63,652 bases of DNA, filler included, from Squatina squatina (GCA_031763465.1; 4 parts of 4 records of this genome joined end to end with filler, not necessarily neighbours in it); one strand, 5' to 3'. Shown: positions 39,123 through 52,228, numbered from the whole stretch's first letter. Numbers and translations are program-made. Notes: generated by a model from the sequence alone, not told the origin.

Positions 39123-42100
39123 GAACTCTACAAGCACCTCGAAAATCGCTGGTCTTGCTACCACTGCGAAACCGGCGTCGGCTACGTTACCATCAACGTC
39201 TAGTTTAACATCTAAGCCAGGGCAACAAACCGCATCCAACAATCTAAGACCTGCCTTTTCGGGAACATTTACTCCAATGCCTGAAATATCAATCGGCCCC
39301 AGGCCAGGCCAGTCTGATTCTTTGTCTAATACACAACGGACAGGAGGATTTAGTACAAGTGCTGGGGACAGTCAGAAGAGCACCAGTGGCTTTACACCTT
39401 TCAAATGGTTAAACAGTGCCTCCAATTTGCATTTCAAGAACAGCATAAGCGCACTGAACCGAGTTCCACCCAAACCATCTCCTAGGAGGCTTGATATATC
39501 AGAACTTCCTAGGATACCAAAGATCAAGAACCAAACTGGTAGTTTTGGTTTACAACCTGGTAACAAGCAGAGCAATGGAATACCTCGAATCTGTATAAAC
39601 AGACTCGCAGGCAATGAACAGAATACCCAGGCTGCAAGACCTACAGAGTTGGAAAACAGCAGGGAGACGGATCGTGAGGGACCAGTCCAGCAGAGGCATC
39701 GATCTTCACCTGCCACAGGCTTGGCTGGCTGCTCCAGTACTTCCCAAGAAAAGTTCCTAACTCGAGACCTAGTTTCCGGCTGGTCTGGCCAGAGCTGTAC
39801 AAAAGTGACGAGTGGCACTGACCATTCAACTAGGTTGCCCAAGTTGGATGCCTACGACCCATTTGAACCCACGGATGATGAAATTCAACATTGTGGCAAA
39901 AGAGGCAAGAATACGTCACGATTGCAGCTCAGCGTAAAAAAGGAAAGAGATGATATATATGATCCTTTTGAGCCCACGGGCTCTGACCCATGTTCATCTA
40001 ATTCCACCCCCAGCAGGAGTGAGCCAAGATCTGAGGGCACGTCCCCAGTGTCCAGCCCTGGTAATGGGATTTNNNNNNNNNNNNNNNNNNNNNNNNNNNN
40101 NNNNNNNNNNNNNNNNNNNNNTTGCATACAGCAAACTGAGCCTTGTAAAATCAAAACTGGAGCTTTGACAAAAGAAAAACCAACTGCAAGTCCTGATAGT
40201 TGTGAATCTTTTACTGTACCTTCTCTGGCCTCTGATGTGGAAGCTAACAGTGAATCTCAGGCTAGTATTGTCGACGGGGATATGAAATTTGGTGCAGAAT
40301 CCACTGTGAGAAAGTGGAACAGTGAACACTCAAACCAAACATATTGCCGCTCTTCAACTTCTTCTGAAGCCAGGCCCAAGCCTGAGCAACAGAAAGTAAA
40401 TGCAGACAGTGATGGCGTTTCTTCTTGTGTTTGCTCTGATGAGTTTACTTTGCAAGTTGTCAACAAGATTGTTCCCACTAATGTGAGAACTAATACAGAT
40501 ATCCCACCAGAAAATGAACTGAGAAAAACAGTGAATAAAAAACTCCACACCGAACCCAAGGTTCGTTCACGGTCACGATCGAGATCAAGTTCCCACAGCC
40601 GACACAAGTGCAAGAACTCGGTCTCCAAAGAACGCAAGAGCTACAGATCAAGATCAAGGTCAAGATCAAAGGAACGGAGAAAGTTGAGATCGTACTCGAG
40701 AGAGCGACGGAGATCAAAATCTAGGTCAAGGTCTCGGTCCAGCAGCTCTGAGAAGTACAAAAGGAGAAAATCTAAACCGGATAGGAGCAGGGAAAAAAGA
40801 GGAAGGCGTTCCAGATCTAGAGAAAGAAGGTCGGGCAGTTCCTCCTCTGGTGCATCTACAGACAGCCACAAGAGAAGAAGGAGAATTTCAGGATCAAGGG
40901 ATCACAGAGGCTCCTACAGACACTCTTGGAGCAGCAGTGAGAAGGGAAAGAGAAGGCAGTACCAATGGGAGCAAAGCCGGGAACAGTATGAAAGACGAAG
41001 CAGACGATCGACCTCCTGGTCAAGGGAGAGAAGACGCTCGAGATCATGGTCTAGATCCAGAGATAAGAAAAAACCATGGCCTAGATCTAGGGAGAAGAAA
41101 AGGTCCTGGTCCAGGTCTACTTCTAGAGAAAGGAGGTCATGGTCTAGGTCTAGCTCTCGGGATAAGAGAAGATCACGGACTCGGTCAAGTTCCAGAGAGA
41201 AGAGAAGATTAGCCAGATTTAGGGAAAAGAGAAGATCAAGGAGTCGATCTAGATCCAGGGAAAGAAGAAAACCACGAACTCGATCAAGGACCCGTTCGAG
41301 GTCTAAAGATCGGAGTAGATCAAGATCTAGAGATAGGTGCTTGCAATCAAAATGGCAGTTCCCAGAAGTGCAAAGAAAATGGTCTTTCTCTCAAGAAAAA
41401 GTAAAATGTGATGAGATGGATCAAGAGCAAAAGAAAGCTTCACCTTCTCGAAGTCATGAGCTTTCTGAGAGGGAAGCCTTGGTAAAGAAACTGGTCATTT
41501 CTTGCAATGCTCAAAGCTTGCAGGAAAGTAACGTTATACCGATTGTTCAGAGCCCGTCCTGTTCAGTAACCATTAAAGAGGAATCAACATCATACGTTGA
41601 TAAAGTACAAGAAGAAGAAAAACAGGTCGACCTTCTTGAGCAAAGCAAAGAGTCCAGCTGCAAAAGTGAAAGCTTGGGAGAAAACTCTACTGATGTTTTT
41701 GTTGGAGTTGGTCATGTTTGGGAAAGCACTGGCTCACTCACAAGCCAAGCAGAAGCAGAAATAAAAAGTCCAAGCTTTGTGTCTGAGTATCTCCAAAACA
41801 AAAGTCCTTGTTACCATGCTGTTGTTGCAGATGAGGTTTCTATTCCCCTAATATGCCTTAGCAAAGAAGAGGAAATGTCACCTTTGTGTGTAAATGAAGC
41901 CTTGAGACCTGAAGCTGAACCATTTGACGAACATTCTCCAGCTAAATCTGACACACCTTTACCTGTAACTGAGAATTTTAACCCCGCTGAGCCAGTGCTA
42001 TCTGTAGATGACAAGAAAGAATCTGTGGACACCGGTGCAGTTGAGGAACTGCAAAGCTCCAGCCCTCCGGGTAATGTGGCAGTGACTTTTTCTAAAAATG

Positions 42101-42448
42101 AGCAACCTGAGAGCTGTGCGACAGGTACGTGCTCCCAGAAGAATGAACCAAACCACAAGACTGTGTCAGCCGGCCTGGGTTCAAACAGTATAAATGAGCA
42201 AGAGGCAACGCGGAGTGAGGCTATTGGAAATGAATCCTTGGAGAGAAAGGCAGGAGCGATGAAAACTGAGAGCAGCAGGGAGTGTGAGGAGATTCCCCTC
42301 CTGGGATTGACAGTGCCTGTGAAAAACAAGACCGAGAGTGAAGCAAGTTCACAAAGCACAGTGGTGAAAGCCAAGCCTCTTGTCAAGAGAGTGACTTGGA
42401 ACCTGGAGACAGAGGAGAAGGACGATACTCCCTCTGGGAGGCCTGCAA
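39123..42448 (+). CDS. PHRF1: PHRF1 large exon with RS-rich domain (5' end in gap; small internal gap)
   Basis: About 3.3 kb open frame containing LDISELPRIPKIK, YDPFEPTGSD, a long RS tract and LVKRVTWNLE. GTGAGT donor at 42449. Confidence 0.93.
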
Positions 42449-42879
42449 GTGAGTGTGATTATTATTCTCGTGTTGTACCACCCTTTGAATTCTAGTTGCA
42501 CAGTCTAATTGCAGACTGTCACTTTATCTGGCAGTTTGCACTGGAGGCCAAAGTTTAATCAAACTTAACAGGATATATTAACACCCTCTGGATAGAAAAT
42601 GCAATATTAAGAATGAATGTAGTGCTTAATGTGATGTGTGTTTTCATCAATGCAGGATTATGAAGTTAGACAAAAGGTTTCTGTCAGTATCGTTAACTTC
42701 TTGTTACTAAAAGTGAGTTTGCCGGCATGATTCTATATTCCATTCAGATATAATGAATTTCAGATTATATCTACATAATCCACAGTTAATATAGAATCTA
42801 GGATTTGTTATCTAGTTTGCGGATTATCCCACATTCCTAATACTTAAGATGCTGGAAGCTCACTCCACACAAGCTCTCT

Positions 42880-43069
42880 AACCCCACCCCATGCACAGCG
42901 ACCCACCTGTAGACCTCTGTCATCTAGAAGGGCAAGGGCAGCAGACAAATGGGAACAGCAGCACCTCCAGGTTCCCCTCCAAGTCACACACCATCCTGAC
43001 TTGGAAATAAATCGGCCGTTCCTTCGTCATCACTGGGTCAAAATCCTGGAACTCCCTCCCTAACAGCAC
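42880..43069 (+). mobile_element. CR1-group LINE 3' fragment (intronic)
   Basis: CACACCATCCTGACTTGGAAA..TCCTTC..CTGGAACTCCCTCCC encodes an SF...WNSLP motif. Confidence 0.65.
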
Positions 43070-43169
43070 NNNNNNNNNNNNNNNNNNNNNNNNNNNNNNN
43101 NNNNNNNNNNNNNNNNNNNNNNNNNNNNNNNNNNNNNNNNNNNNNNNNNNNNNNNNNNNNNNNNNNNNN

Positions 43170-43412
43170 CCGACTGTGCAGCGCGCCCTCGGTACTGCCC
43201 CTCCGACAGTGCAGCGTTCCCTCAGTACTGCCCCTCCGACAGTGCAGCGCTCCCTCGGTACTGCCCCTCCGACAGTGCAGCGTTCCCTCAGTACTGCCCC
43301 TCCGACAGTGCAGCGCTCCCTCAGTCCTGCACTGGAGTGTCAGTCTAGATTATGGGCGTGAGGCCTGAACCCACTACATTTTGTCTCATATCAGAGTGCT
43401 ATCGACTAAGCA
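43170..43412 (-). repeat. 33-bp tandem array derived from a SacSINE1-like head
   Basis: Unit AGTGCAGCGTTCCCTCAGTACTGCCCCTCCGAC, about 4.5 visible copies, continuing into the reverse-complemented SINE head (CTGGAGTGTCAG..TGAACCCAC). Confidence 0.85.
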
Positions 43413-43554
43413 AAGGTACCACACTAAAGAGGAATAGTCATCTCAGTGCAATAGAAAGAGGAGATGGAGACGTTGGGTCCAGACTTGGAAGAAAAATTTG
43501 AACACACAGTTTGAGGAATGTGGTGGCATTGTTTTTTTCTTAATCACGCTGCAG

Positions 43555-43707
43555 ATCTGCCACAGCAAGAGTGGTGAAATTAATCCGGTCAAGGTTGCGA
43601 ACCTTGTGAAAGGTTACGTAGAGAAATACAAACACATCAGAAAATATAAGAAAGGAGCAGAGGGAGAAACCAGCAAAGAAACAGAGGCAAAGCCAGAAGA
43701 GAGCTGA
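43555..43707 (+). CDS. PHRF1: PHRF1 last coding exon (C-terminal Pol II CTD-binding region shared with SCAF1/SCAF11)
   Basis: CAG acceptor; [33 protein letters not shown]...EES*. An AU-rich 3' UTR follows to about 44300. Confidence 0.93.
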   Translation: MCHSKSGEINPVKVANLVKGYVEKYKHIRKYKKGAEGETSKETEAKPEES

Positions 43708-44584
43708 AACGTGTGAAACCTGCACAGACAATACCAGCTTTGGTTCATTGTACGGTCCTCCCGTGAATGTGGAGGAATCTCCGAGACCAATCCAAACAGG
43801 GCAATGTTGGCTGCAGCACCGAGACACTTTATATATTTCATGGTATCGTCAGTCAATGTCTAAATACGCCTGGGAGAAAGGAAAACTAACGGCTGGAAGA
43901 TCTTCAACTGGAAGCTTCCTGTCTGCTCTCTTCTTTTTGTACAATAGAGCAGATTTTCACACTGTGACTGTCTATCCTGCCATGAATCCGGTTTGTAGAC
44001 ATTGTTTGCCTTTAGCATAATGTTCCTTTTACTTAAGATGGATTGAATACTTGAAGCTCCGTTTAGTCAGTTTGATTGTACCTGAAAAAAGGTAAAAGTC
44101 TAAATAACTCGGGTTTATAAAACATTGGTCACTTTTTTCAAACAGCCTCTTATTTTTTAGGTTACTCGTTTCTGGGTAAAACGTAACGTACTTTGGCTTC
44201 ACAAAATCTGCAAAAGGATCATCAATGCTCTAAACTGCTTGTCATCAATTATAATTTAAAAACCAGAATTGCATCTTTTATTGCTGTAAATAATATTCAA
44301 ATAATTCATTTGTTAGAGAAATGGAGTGTTTTTTTCTTTACCCAGTATGAATAATGATGGGTTTGTGATGATAAAATGCAGTGTCAGTGGTATTACTTCA
44401 TGCCGGGTTTATTCCTTCCGTTTGCCCTGTGCTTGAACAAACCCCAACTAAAGCTCGAAGACAATGCACAGAAATCCCACGCTGGACACTCAGCTTAAGT
44501 TTCTTGAGTAACTTCAAGGGAGTATTCAGTATTTCAGTTGCCCATGGCTCAAACACAACAGGAAATAGTCCTGGAGCTTCAGAT

Positions 44585-44810
44585 CACAGGAACAGGAGGA
44601 GGCCGTTCAGCCTCTTGAGCCTGTTCCAATATTCAGTCAGATCATAGTTGACCCATACCTCAACTCCATTTATCCGCCGTCGCTCTGTATCCCTCGATAA
44701 CCTTTACCCACCAAAAATCTATCAATCTCAGTCTTGAAAGCTTCATTGACCTCCAGCACCCACAGCCTTTTGGGGGAAGGGAGTTCCCCGATTTCTGCTA
44801 CCTATCATGT
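44585..44810 (-). mobile_element. CR1 3' end
   Basis: AGGAACAGGAGGAGGCCGTTCAGCCTCTTGAGCCTGTTC is the reverse complement of the CR1 tail. Confidence 0.75.
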
Positions 44811-47409
44811 CCTCTGAATATAGCAAATACTGTTTGTTTATTATCTTGGGATGTGGCCATTATTTATTGTCCATCCCTTGTTGCTCTGATAACTGAGTGT
44901 CGCTCATATTGTGTGGGACTGGAGTCCCAGCCTGGGTCTGGGCTGCCCGGCTCCCTTCCCTGAAGGGCATCAGTGAACCATGGGAAAGCAAGATACAACA
45001 GCTGCTGCAAATCTGGAATAAAATGTCTTGCTGCAATTATACAGGGCCTTGGTGAGACCACACCTTGAGTATTGTGTGCAGTTCNNNNNNNNNNNNNNNN
45101 NNNNNNNNNNNNNNNNNNNNNNNNNNNNNNNNNNNNNNNNNNNNNNNNNNNNNNNNNNNNNNNNNNNNNNNNNNNNNNNNNNNNTTGTTCCTGGTCAGTT
45201 GCCTGCCCGAAAGTGGTGGGTGGCAGAGGAATGCTGGGTTGCATAGAAGTTCTGCATGTCCATGCAGCAGCCCGGTGGAGATTCTTTCTGATTCCAACCT
45301 CTTTGAATCACCTTTCAAAAGGAAGCCTCTCCGTGAGCATGAACACGTGCAGGAATCACTTGTCTCCTGACTGCAGCATCTGACTTGTTTCTGCTATAAT
45401 GGAATGCACTCTGCTATTAATTCAATGGTATTCACTGTGTCATCTGCACCGGACATTGCCTCGACATGTATACCAAGATTACGAGGAGAACATCTTGGAA
45501 ACCTTATCACTGATGCTTACAGACCACAATTCCTGAGCTGACTTTCACTCCCCTGGTGAAAAGGTTTCAAAGGCCTCAGAGAAAACCACAGACCTGTAGT
45601 CAGTGAGATTATGGGCCTTCATAAATAACTGCAGTACAGTTTCCCCAAATTTTTCTGAAATTGAAATATTCCCCCAATTTTCACCTGAATAGGTGTAAAG
45701 TTATTATTTTAAAAAGAAAAACTGAATGTTCATGGTAAATTAAAAGAAACTGAAAACAAAATCCCGTAAGTATTACTTCTTATACAGTGAAGTTATGCCT
45801 TAGCAATATCTTGATGATACTTCAATCAATGAAACTATATTGTAGGAAAATCAAGCACCACTAAACACATGATATTGCTCTCTCTCTCTCTCTCGCTCTC
45901 TCTTTCAATGCTGGTATAAAGCTCCTAAATGCAATGATTTTGGGTCAGCCATGTTCGTGCTACAATTGAGCTGGAATAATCATGCTATACCTAACTTGGG
46001 AATATTTGACATCCTTTGCCTTGAGGAGCACAACAGATATATATGTAAATACACACAGACACACACACAGACACACACATACACACACTGTCCTAATTAT
46101 AATTGTGAATAAATTAAAGGGTTGCTTGCTTGAAGTTCAAGCTGTTTTGTGTTTGAATCCAGCTGGGGGTGCCACAAATTTATTGGAGCTCATAGCCAAT
46201 CCACAAACATGAAATATTTTGGAAGTGTTGGGGGAGCAATTGATACTCATTGCATCCATTGTTTTGGTGAAAAATTAGAGTCGGGGGGACCAATTTCTGG
46301 GCACAATCACTCATGCCTGCTTCAGGACCTTGCTGTGAACTTCGGCAGTTTTTAACGGGTTCCCAGTGGCCAGAGGTTGTCGATGAATAGATAGGTACTT
46401 TTTTTATTTATGTTAACATAGGGAGAGGAGGAGCAGAAGTTCTCCTCCCGGCTCCACAGCAATACTGCCGGTTGCTGCCAACCCTGACTAGCCCCACTTC
46501 AGTTTGCTTTCCCCCGCTCTATCAGGAGCTATATGCCACGTCTTTAGGCACGGGTTCCAGACACACCGCCCACTTTGTGTGGCTTTCTGGGGGGGAAATC
46601 AATTTCCTGGACATTATTTTCTGTCAAAACTGTTCAACTATGATTGCATAAATAAAATTCTGATATAAATCGGAGTGATGGTACCATCTGATATTCAATG
46701 CCAGAGACAACTCCATCATCACTGGAGTTTAAAAATGTCTCTCTATCTGTGCGTGACCCTTTGGCTTCCTTACAATAATCAGTAGGCTGAAGTTGTCTTT
46801 CAAAATGAGGTATGATTAAAGTTAGATTGCCTCACATATTTTTTGTCTTTGAAATCAATAGCACTCCTTAAAACAAGAAACCCTTCAAAAATTACTGTTT
46901 CAAGCATTCTCATTCTTGCAATAGTAAAATACTTTCATGTGCATTTAGTGGTGCATCAGATGATCTTTGATTGGCAAAAAAATGTCAGAAGGAAGATCAA
47001 ATAAAAATATCAATTGAGATTGCTATTCAAATCTGAGTCTTTGATATTAGAATTATTTTACATCTGTACCTTTCAGACAATGTTTGTGGCTATAACGGCA
47101 TAATTCAGCTAAAGTTATGAACCTGCTTTCCATATTAATGGCGCTAGGAGTGGGAAGAGTGGGTGCACCTGAGAGCAATAGTAACAAAACTATTGTAGAT
47201 GAGTGGAGGTGGAAATAAATACCTGTTATTTCATATTTAATAAAGGCAAGTGCCCCAAACATGCAGCCCTTCCCATGCATTGCTGCAATAAATCTGGCGT
47301 GGGGCTACCAAAAGAGCCACACATTTGGCCGGGACCCAGATATACCAGGGCCCTGGCCTTGCAAAGAAATTTCAAGAGTGGCCTGCCTCAAGCAAGGCCA
47401 TTGGTGCAA

Positions 47410-47640
47410 GGGTGAGCAAGGACTCCATACATGGAGAGTTTCAATTTTCCTGGCCCTGACCGTCTCCTCTTCACCGTTCAATCCCTCTACACCTCCATCC
47501 CCCACCAGGACGGCCTGAGGGCGCTCTGCTTCTTCCTTGAACCGAGGCCGAACCAGTCTCCACCCAGCACCACCCTCCTCCGCCTGGCTGAACTTGTTCT
47601 CACATTGAACAACTTCTCCTTTGACTCCACTCACTTCCTC
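47410..47640 (+). mobile_element. Penelope-like element RT fragment
   Basis: FPGPDRLLFT-VQSLYTSIPHQDGLRAL..LLRLAELVLTLNNFSF matches the PLE RT motif MDVxSLYTxIP with a small deletion. Confidence 0.85.
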
Positions 47641-48207
47641 NNNNNNNNNNNNNNNNNNNNNNNNNNNNNNNNNNNNNNNNNNNNNNNNNNNNNNNNNNNN
47701 NNNNNNNNNNNNNNNNNNNNNNNNNNNNNNNNNNNNNNNNCTGCAGAAGGCACTTAGGACTACTTTTCACCTTCCGTTATGAGTTTGCGACCAGGCTCTG
47801 CGCTGTTAACGACTCCCCCTAAATTCGGCGGGAGTTTAACAGCAACTGTAGAGCATTGCACCCTGATCTTAGGCGCTGGGAGAGTGTGATGTCTTCGCCG
47901 AGCGCATCGCCCTGTTAGCACCATGGAAGAAAAATTGGCTCTTGCCCCCTGGTTGTGCACCTGCTGTTACCAACAACAGGTGGAACAGTCAAGTTTCAGT
48001 TAGATGTCGGCTGGAGGAGCGCTATTTAAAGGCGCCAGCAACCGGTTTACTTTTAGTCAGCCAAGAAAGGCGCTTTATTAGTTTCACAAAAGCAGACAGG
48101 CCTTTTGACTAATTTGAGCGATTTGCAGTTGAAGGAGTGTTCTGACTCATAAAGATTCATGAGTTTCATTGAGGGCAGATTTGAAAGTCCAACTTTTGAA
48201 TCATTCC

Positions 48208-49368
48208 ATGGGGGCACTGGACCTCGCCCTCCAGCATCACCGTCGGAGTCAACTGAAGCACATAGAAAAAGTGCAAAATGTAGCCGGACATAGGAAAGCC
48301 AACAGGGCCATCAACAAGAGGCCTTACCCTCCCAGGGTATTCCAGCAGCAGTTCTCCTCCATCAATTTCACTGAAGAGTAGTGTGTTTGAAGGCTCCATT
48401 CCAGCAAGGACGTGGTCACATAGCTCTGCCACCTCCTGCAACAAGATCTCGAGCCTCAGACCAGGGTGAGGACGGCTCTCTCAGTGGCAGTCAAGGTAAC
48501 CAGCGCACTCAATTTCTATGCCAATGGGTCAATCCAGGGTGCAATAGGAGACATCTCCAACATCTCCCAGTTTGCCGTCCAATGCTCCCTCCGCGAGGTC
48601 ACAGATGCTCTGTACAGAAGGAGAAGGGAATATTTTTCCTTCCCCACGACCAGAGAGAAGCAGTACAAGTGAGCATGTGGCTTTGTCAGGATAGCAGGCT
48701 TCCCCATGGTGCAGGACACCATTGACTGTACCCATGTCGCCTTACAGGCACCACATAACAATCCTGAGTCATTCCGTAATCGCAAAGGCTACCACTCACT
48801 GAATGTGCAGTTGGTGTGTGACCACACACGCCGAATCCTCACCACCAATGTCTGCTATCCTGGTAGCAGCCACAATGCCTTCATCCTGCGCCAGACTGGT
48901 GTGCCAGCTCTCTTCCAGCCACCATATCAAGCTCGCGGCTGGCTGGTCAGAAACAAGGGCTATCCGCTCTCCACCTGGCTCATGACTCCCTTCCGCAACC
49001 CCGACGCTCCTGCCCAGCACTCGTACAATGACAGCCATGCTGCCTTCAGGAACATTGAGCAGACCATTGGGTTGCTCAGCAACGGTTCCACTGCCTTGAC
49101 CACTCAGGAGGAGCCAGTACTTGACTTGTCCCATTTCGTGGTGGTCTGCTGCATGCTCCATGACTTGGCAATCACGAGGGCCCACCCTTGCCATCAGGGA
49201 TTGCGGGACCACCTCAGGAAGTGGAAGGAGAGGAGAAGGAAGAGGAAGATGAGGAGGAAGAGCAAGATAAGGAGCAGAAGGAACAGGAGCAAGGGAGGAG
49301 GCAGACCCTCAATTGGCCTCCTGGAAGGGGGGCCTGTTACCGCCTCATCAGACTACGGTTCGAATTAA
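48208..49368 (+). mobile_element. PIF/Harbinger DDE transposase (HARBI1-like) pseudogene within an element spanning about 47741-49533
   Basis: ALSVAVKVTSALNFYANGS, IAGFPMVQDTIDCTHV, NRKGYHSLNVQLVCD, YPGSSHNAFIL, NKGYPLSTWLMTP and NIEQTIGLL, plus an acidic tail. In-frame stops at about 48379 and 48670. Confidence 0.93.
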
Positions 49369-49784
49369 TTAATCCCCCGATCCCCGTTACTCACCACATC
49401 CCCATCATTCCAGCCCTGTCGTTGGTCATATCACAGCACAAAGCTGAAATGAAACACAGTACAAAAAAAATCCAAACTGAATTAATATATTTATCAATAA
49501 TCAGCTAACACATATTTACAACAAAAATATTTANNNNNNNNNNNNNNNNNNNNNNNNNNNNNNNNNNNNNNNNNNNNNNNNNNNNNNNNNNNNNNNNNNN
49601 NNNNNNNNNNNNNNNNNNNNNNNNNNNNNNNNNTCAACTGCATACGTTCCACCAAGGCATGGTTCCTCTTCTTCGTGTCCGAGAGTCCCTGACAGATGGT
49701 GTCCAGCCGCTCCTGCGGCAAAGACACAAAAAAGTGAACTACACTTTCAAAAGGCAGGTGAATCGTGCACATTTGAACATTACA

Positions 49785-50165
49785 TAGAAAATACAACACA
49801 GGAATAGGCCACTCAGCCCAACTGGTCTATGCTCCTCCCACCTTACTTCAGCTAACCCTATCAACATATCCTTCTATTTCTTTCTCCCTCATGCGTTTAC
49901 CTAGTTNNNNNNNNNNTCAACTACTAATTGTGGTAGCGAGTTCCACATCCTAAAGGGTAAAGAATTTTCTCCTGAACTCCCTGTTGGATTTTAGTGACGC
50001 TTATATTTATGGCCCCTAGTTTTGGACTCCCTCACAAGTGAAAACATTTTCTCTAAGTTTACCCTATCAAACCTTTTCATAATTTTAAAGACTTCGATCA
50101 GGTCACCTCTCAGTCTTCTCTTTTCTGGGGAAAAGAGCCCCAGCCTGTTCAGTCTTTCAGAACAT
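49785..50165 (-). mobile_element. CR1 3' fragment
   Basis: ERLNRLGLFSPEKRRLRGDLIEVFKIMKRFDRV..TRGHKYK. Confidence 0.85.
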
Positions 50166-50280
50166 AGCAGTGGCAGACTAACATCAGCAGTCTCATCCAT
50201 TCTCAACCTGAGTCAGGTTCGGGTGAGGACACATTTATAGTGTGTTTCCAGTGCGACGAACCTGGTTTGACCAACCATGA

Positions 50281-50380
50281 NNNNNNNNNNNNNNNNNNNN
50301 NNNNNNNNNNNNNNNNNNNNNNNNTTAATTAATTAANNNNNNNNNNNNNNNNNNNNNNNNNNNNNNNNNNNNNNNNNNNN
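50281..50380. other. Artificial scaffold linker N44-TTAATTAATTAA-N44
   Basis: Core at 50325-50336, with 44 N on each side. Confidence 0.97.
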
Positions 50381-51834
50381 GGTATTCATGGATGAATTAT
50401 TCAAAATTGGATAGACAACTGGGGGGAGAAAAACAGTTGCTATGGGGAGGTATTCAGGGATTCTCAGGTTGTGGGCAGACGTGTTTTCCGAGATGTCCTT
50501 GAACAGCCATGTGATTTTCTTAATGAATAATTTCTCAATATGGACATTAATCTGTGTCTACAGCCAATGAATATGTGTTTGTTCTTTGCCTTTCAGAATG
50601 TATTGATGGTACTCGGGTCAAATGAAAAGTCATTGTGCATGAGCCTCATTGACATAAAATCTGAGGACTGCTGGATGAAGAGCCCTATGGGAGAAAGGGA
50701 GCATTTAGGTCTGCACAATGCAGGCAATAAAAAGTAATAGAGATATTTATATGCTTTTTGGAAAGTTGCATGTGGTTATTTTCCTAATCTGTCAACATTC
50801 CAAGATATATTGTCAATCCCTCCAGAATATTTTATACTTGAACTCTCCTAAACAAAATATACAAATTCTCGACTCTCCTCTCAAAACCTCCAGTAAACAG
50901 TATAATTGGATGCAGCTCCTTCTGGAACCAGGGACCAAGGACTTTTAGTGTTGTCGGTGAAGCTGATTCACAATCACCACATGGTCCTACCAAACCTAGC
51001 TGGAGGCCATTTTGTGCAACACAAAGTTCATTGAATATAAATTGGCAAAAAGTATGCTCATAAAATGTATTTTCATAATTATTTTTAGAAACATCTTTGT
51101 AGAAGATTTATATTTGTGTTCTTTGTCATAGGATTTCCAAAACAAATAACCTTCAAATTTTCAATGACAGAGGGATATTGAAACAGCAACACTTGAGGTG
51201 CAAAAACTCAACAGGGGGGTCTGATGATAAGTACTGCTCATTAGTGCCTTCCCCAAATTGCACAATGCACATCTTGTGTGGTATGAGACATTATAATTGG
51301 TGGCAGTATAGCTGAAGCCTCTCAAAGTGAATGCATCCATTGTGAGGCAGCAGGCAACTCCATGAGAGAACTACTCTTACTGCCCCTTCAGCAAACCTTG
51401 CTATCTGTACATTACTCAATAGTCAGAACTGCGTTGCACAGCCAAGTGGGTTTTTTTTTGCCAAAAATATGGGCAAGCCTGAAGAGCAATGTACAACAGC
51501 TGAGAGCACAAGCTCAGACAAAACTTCCTGCAGCTTACAGTTTGATTAGTTTTCCAGCTGGGTCTGTAAGCCCATTTTCAAACACTGCAGTAAATTGTTT
51601 ACAGTTGGTACTGTTAAAGAACTCAAAGATCTTACATTATTACAGCATTTTCATGTCTTCAGGACCTCCTAAACATGCTTTACAGCCAATGCATTACTTT
51701 TGNNNNNNNNNNNNNNNNNNNNNNNNNNNNNNNNNNNNNNNNNNNNNNNNNNNNNNNNNNNNNNNNNNNNNNNNNNNNNNNNNNNNNNNNNNNNNNNNNN
51801 NNCAACTATGTCGAAACATTTTCAAATAGTGAGC

Positions 51835-52228
51835 ACTAGAATAATTGAAGTATTTAAGATGATTAAAGTATTTGATAGCGTAGATAAAGAGAAGCTATTT
51901 CTTTTGATGGGGGAATTCAGCACAAGTTAGAACTGGGCAGTTCAGGAATGATGTCAGGAAGCACTTCTTTAAAAAAAGATTGTGGAAATCTGGAACTCGC
52001 TCCCTCCGAAAAAAGTCGAGGCTAAGTTTCACTTTTATCATCAGGCGAATAACGAGTGATAGAAAACTGAAAATTTCAAATCTGAGATTGATAGATTTTT
52101 GTTAGGTAAGGGTGTTGAGTGTTATGGAACCAAAACGAGTAAGTGGAATTAAGATATAGATTAGCTGTAATCTAACGGAATGCCAGAACAGGCTCAAGGG
52201 GCTGAATTAACTACTCCTGTTCCTGTGC
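51835..52228 (+). mobile_element. CR1 3' end
   Basis: IIEVFKMIKVFDSVDKEKLFLL, with tail AGGCTCAAGGGGCTGAATTAACTACTCCTGTTCCT. Confidence 0.85.

Noticed and set aside
14161-39242. Long ORFs in the track composed mostly of X
   Set aside because: They are N-gap read-through, not coding evidence.
41811-42386. Antisense ORFs over PHRF1 (and + strand ORFs over GOLGA4)
   Set aside because: Shadow frames of compositionally biased real exons.
52026-52044. CTGATGA..GAAAC on the minus strand resembling a hammerhead core
   Set aside because: No helix II can form between the boxes; the sequence is explained as a MITE arm.
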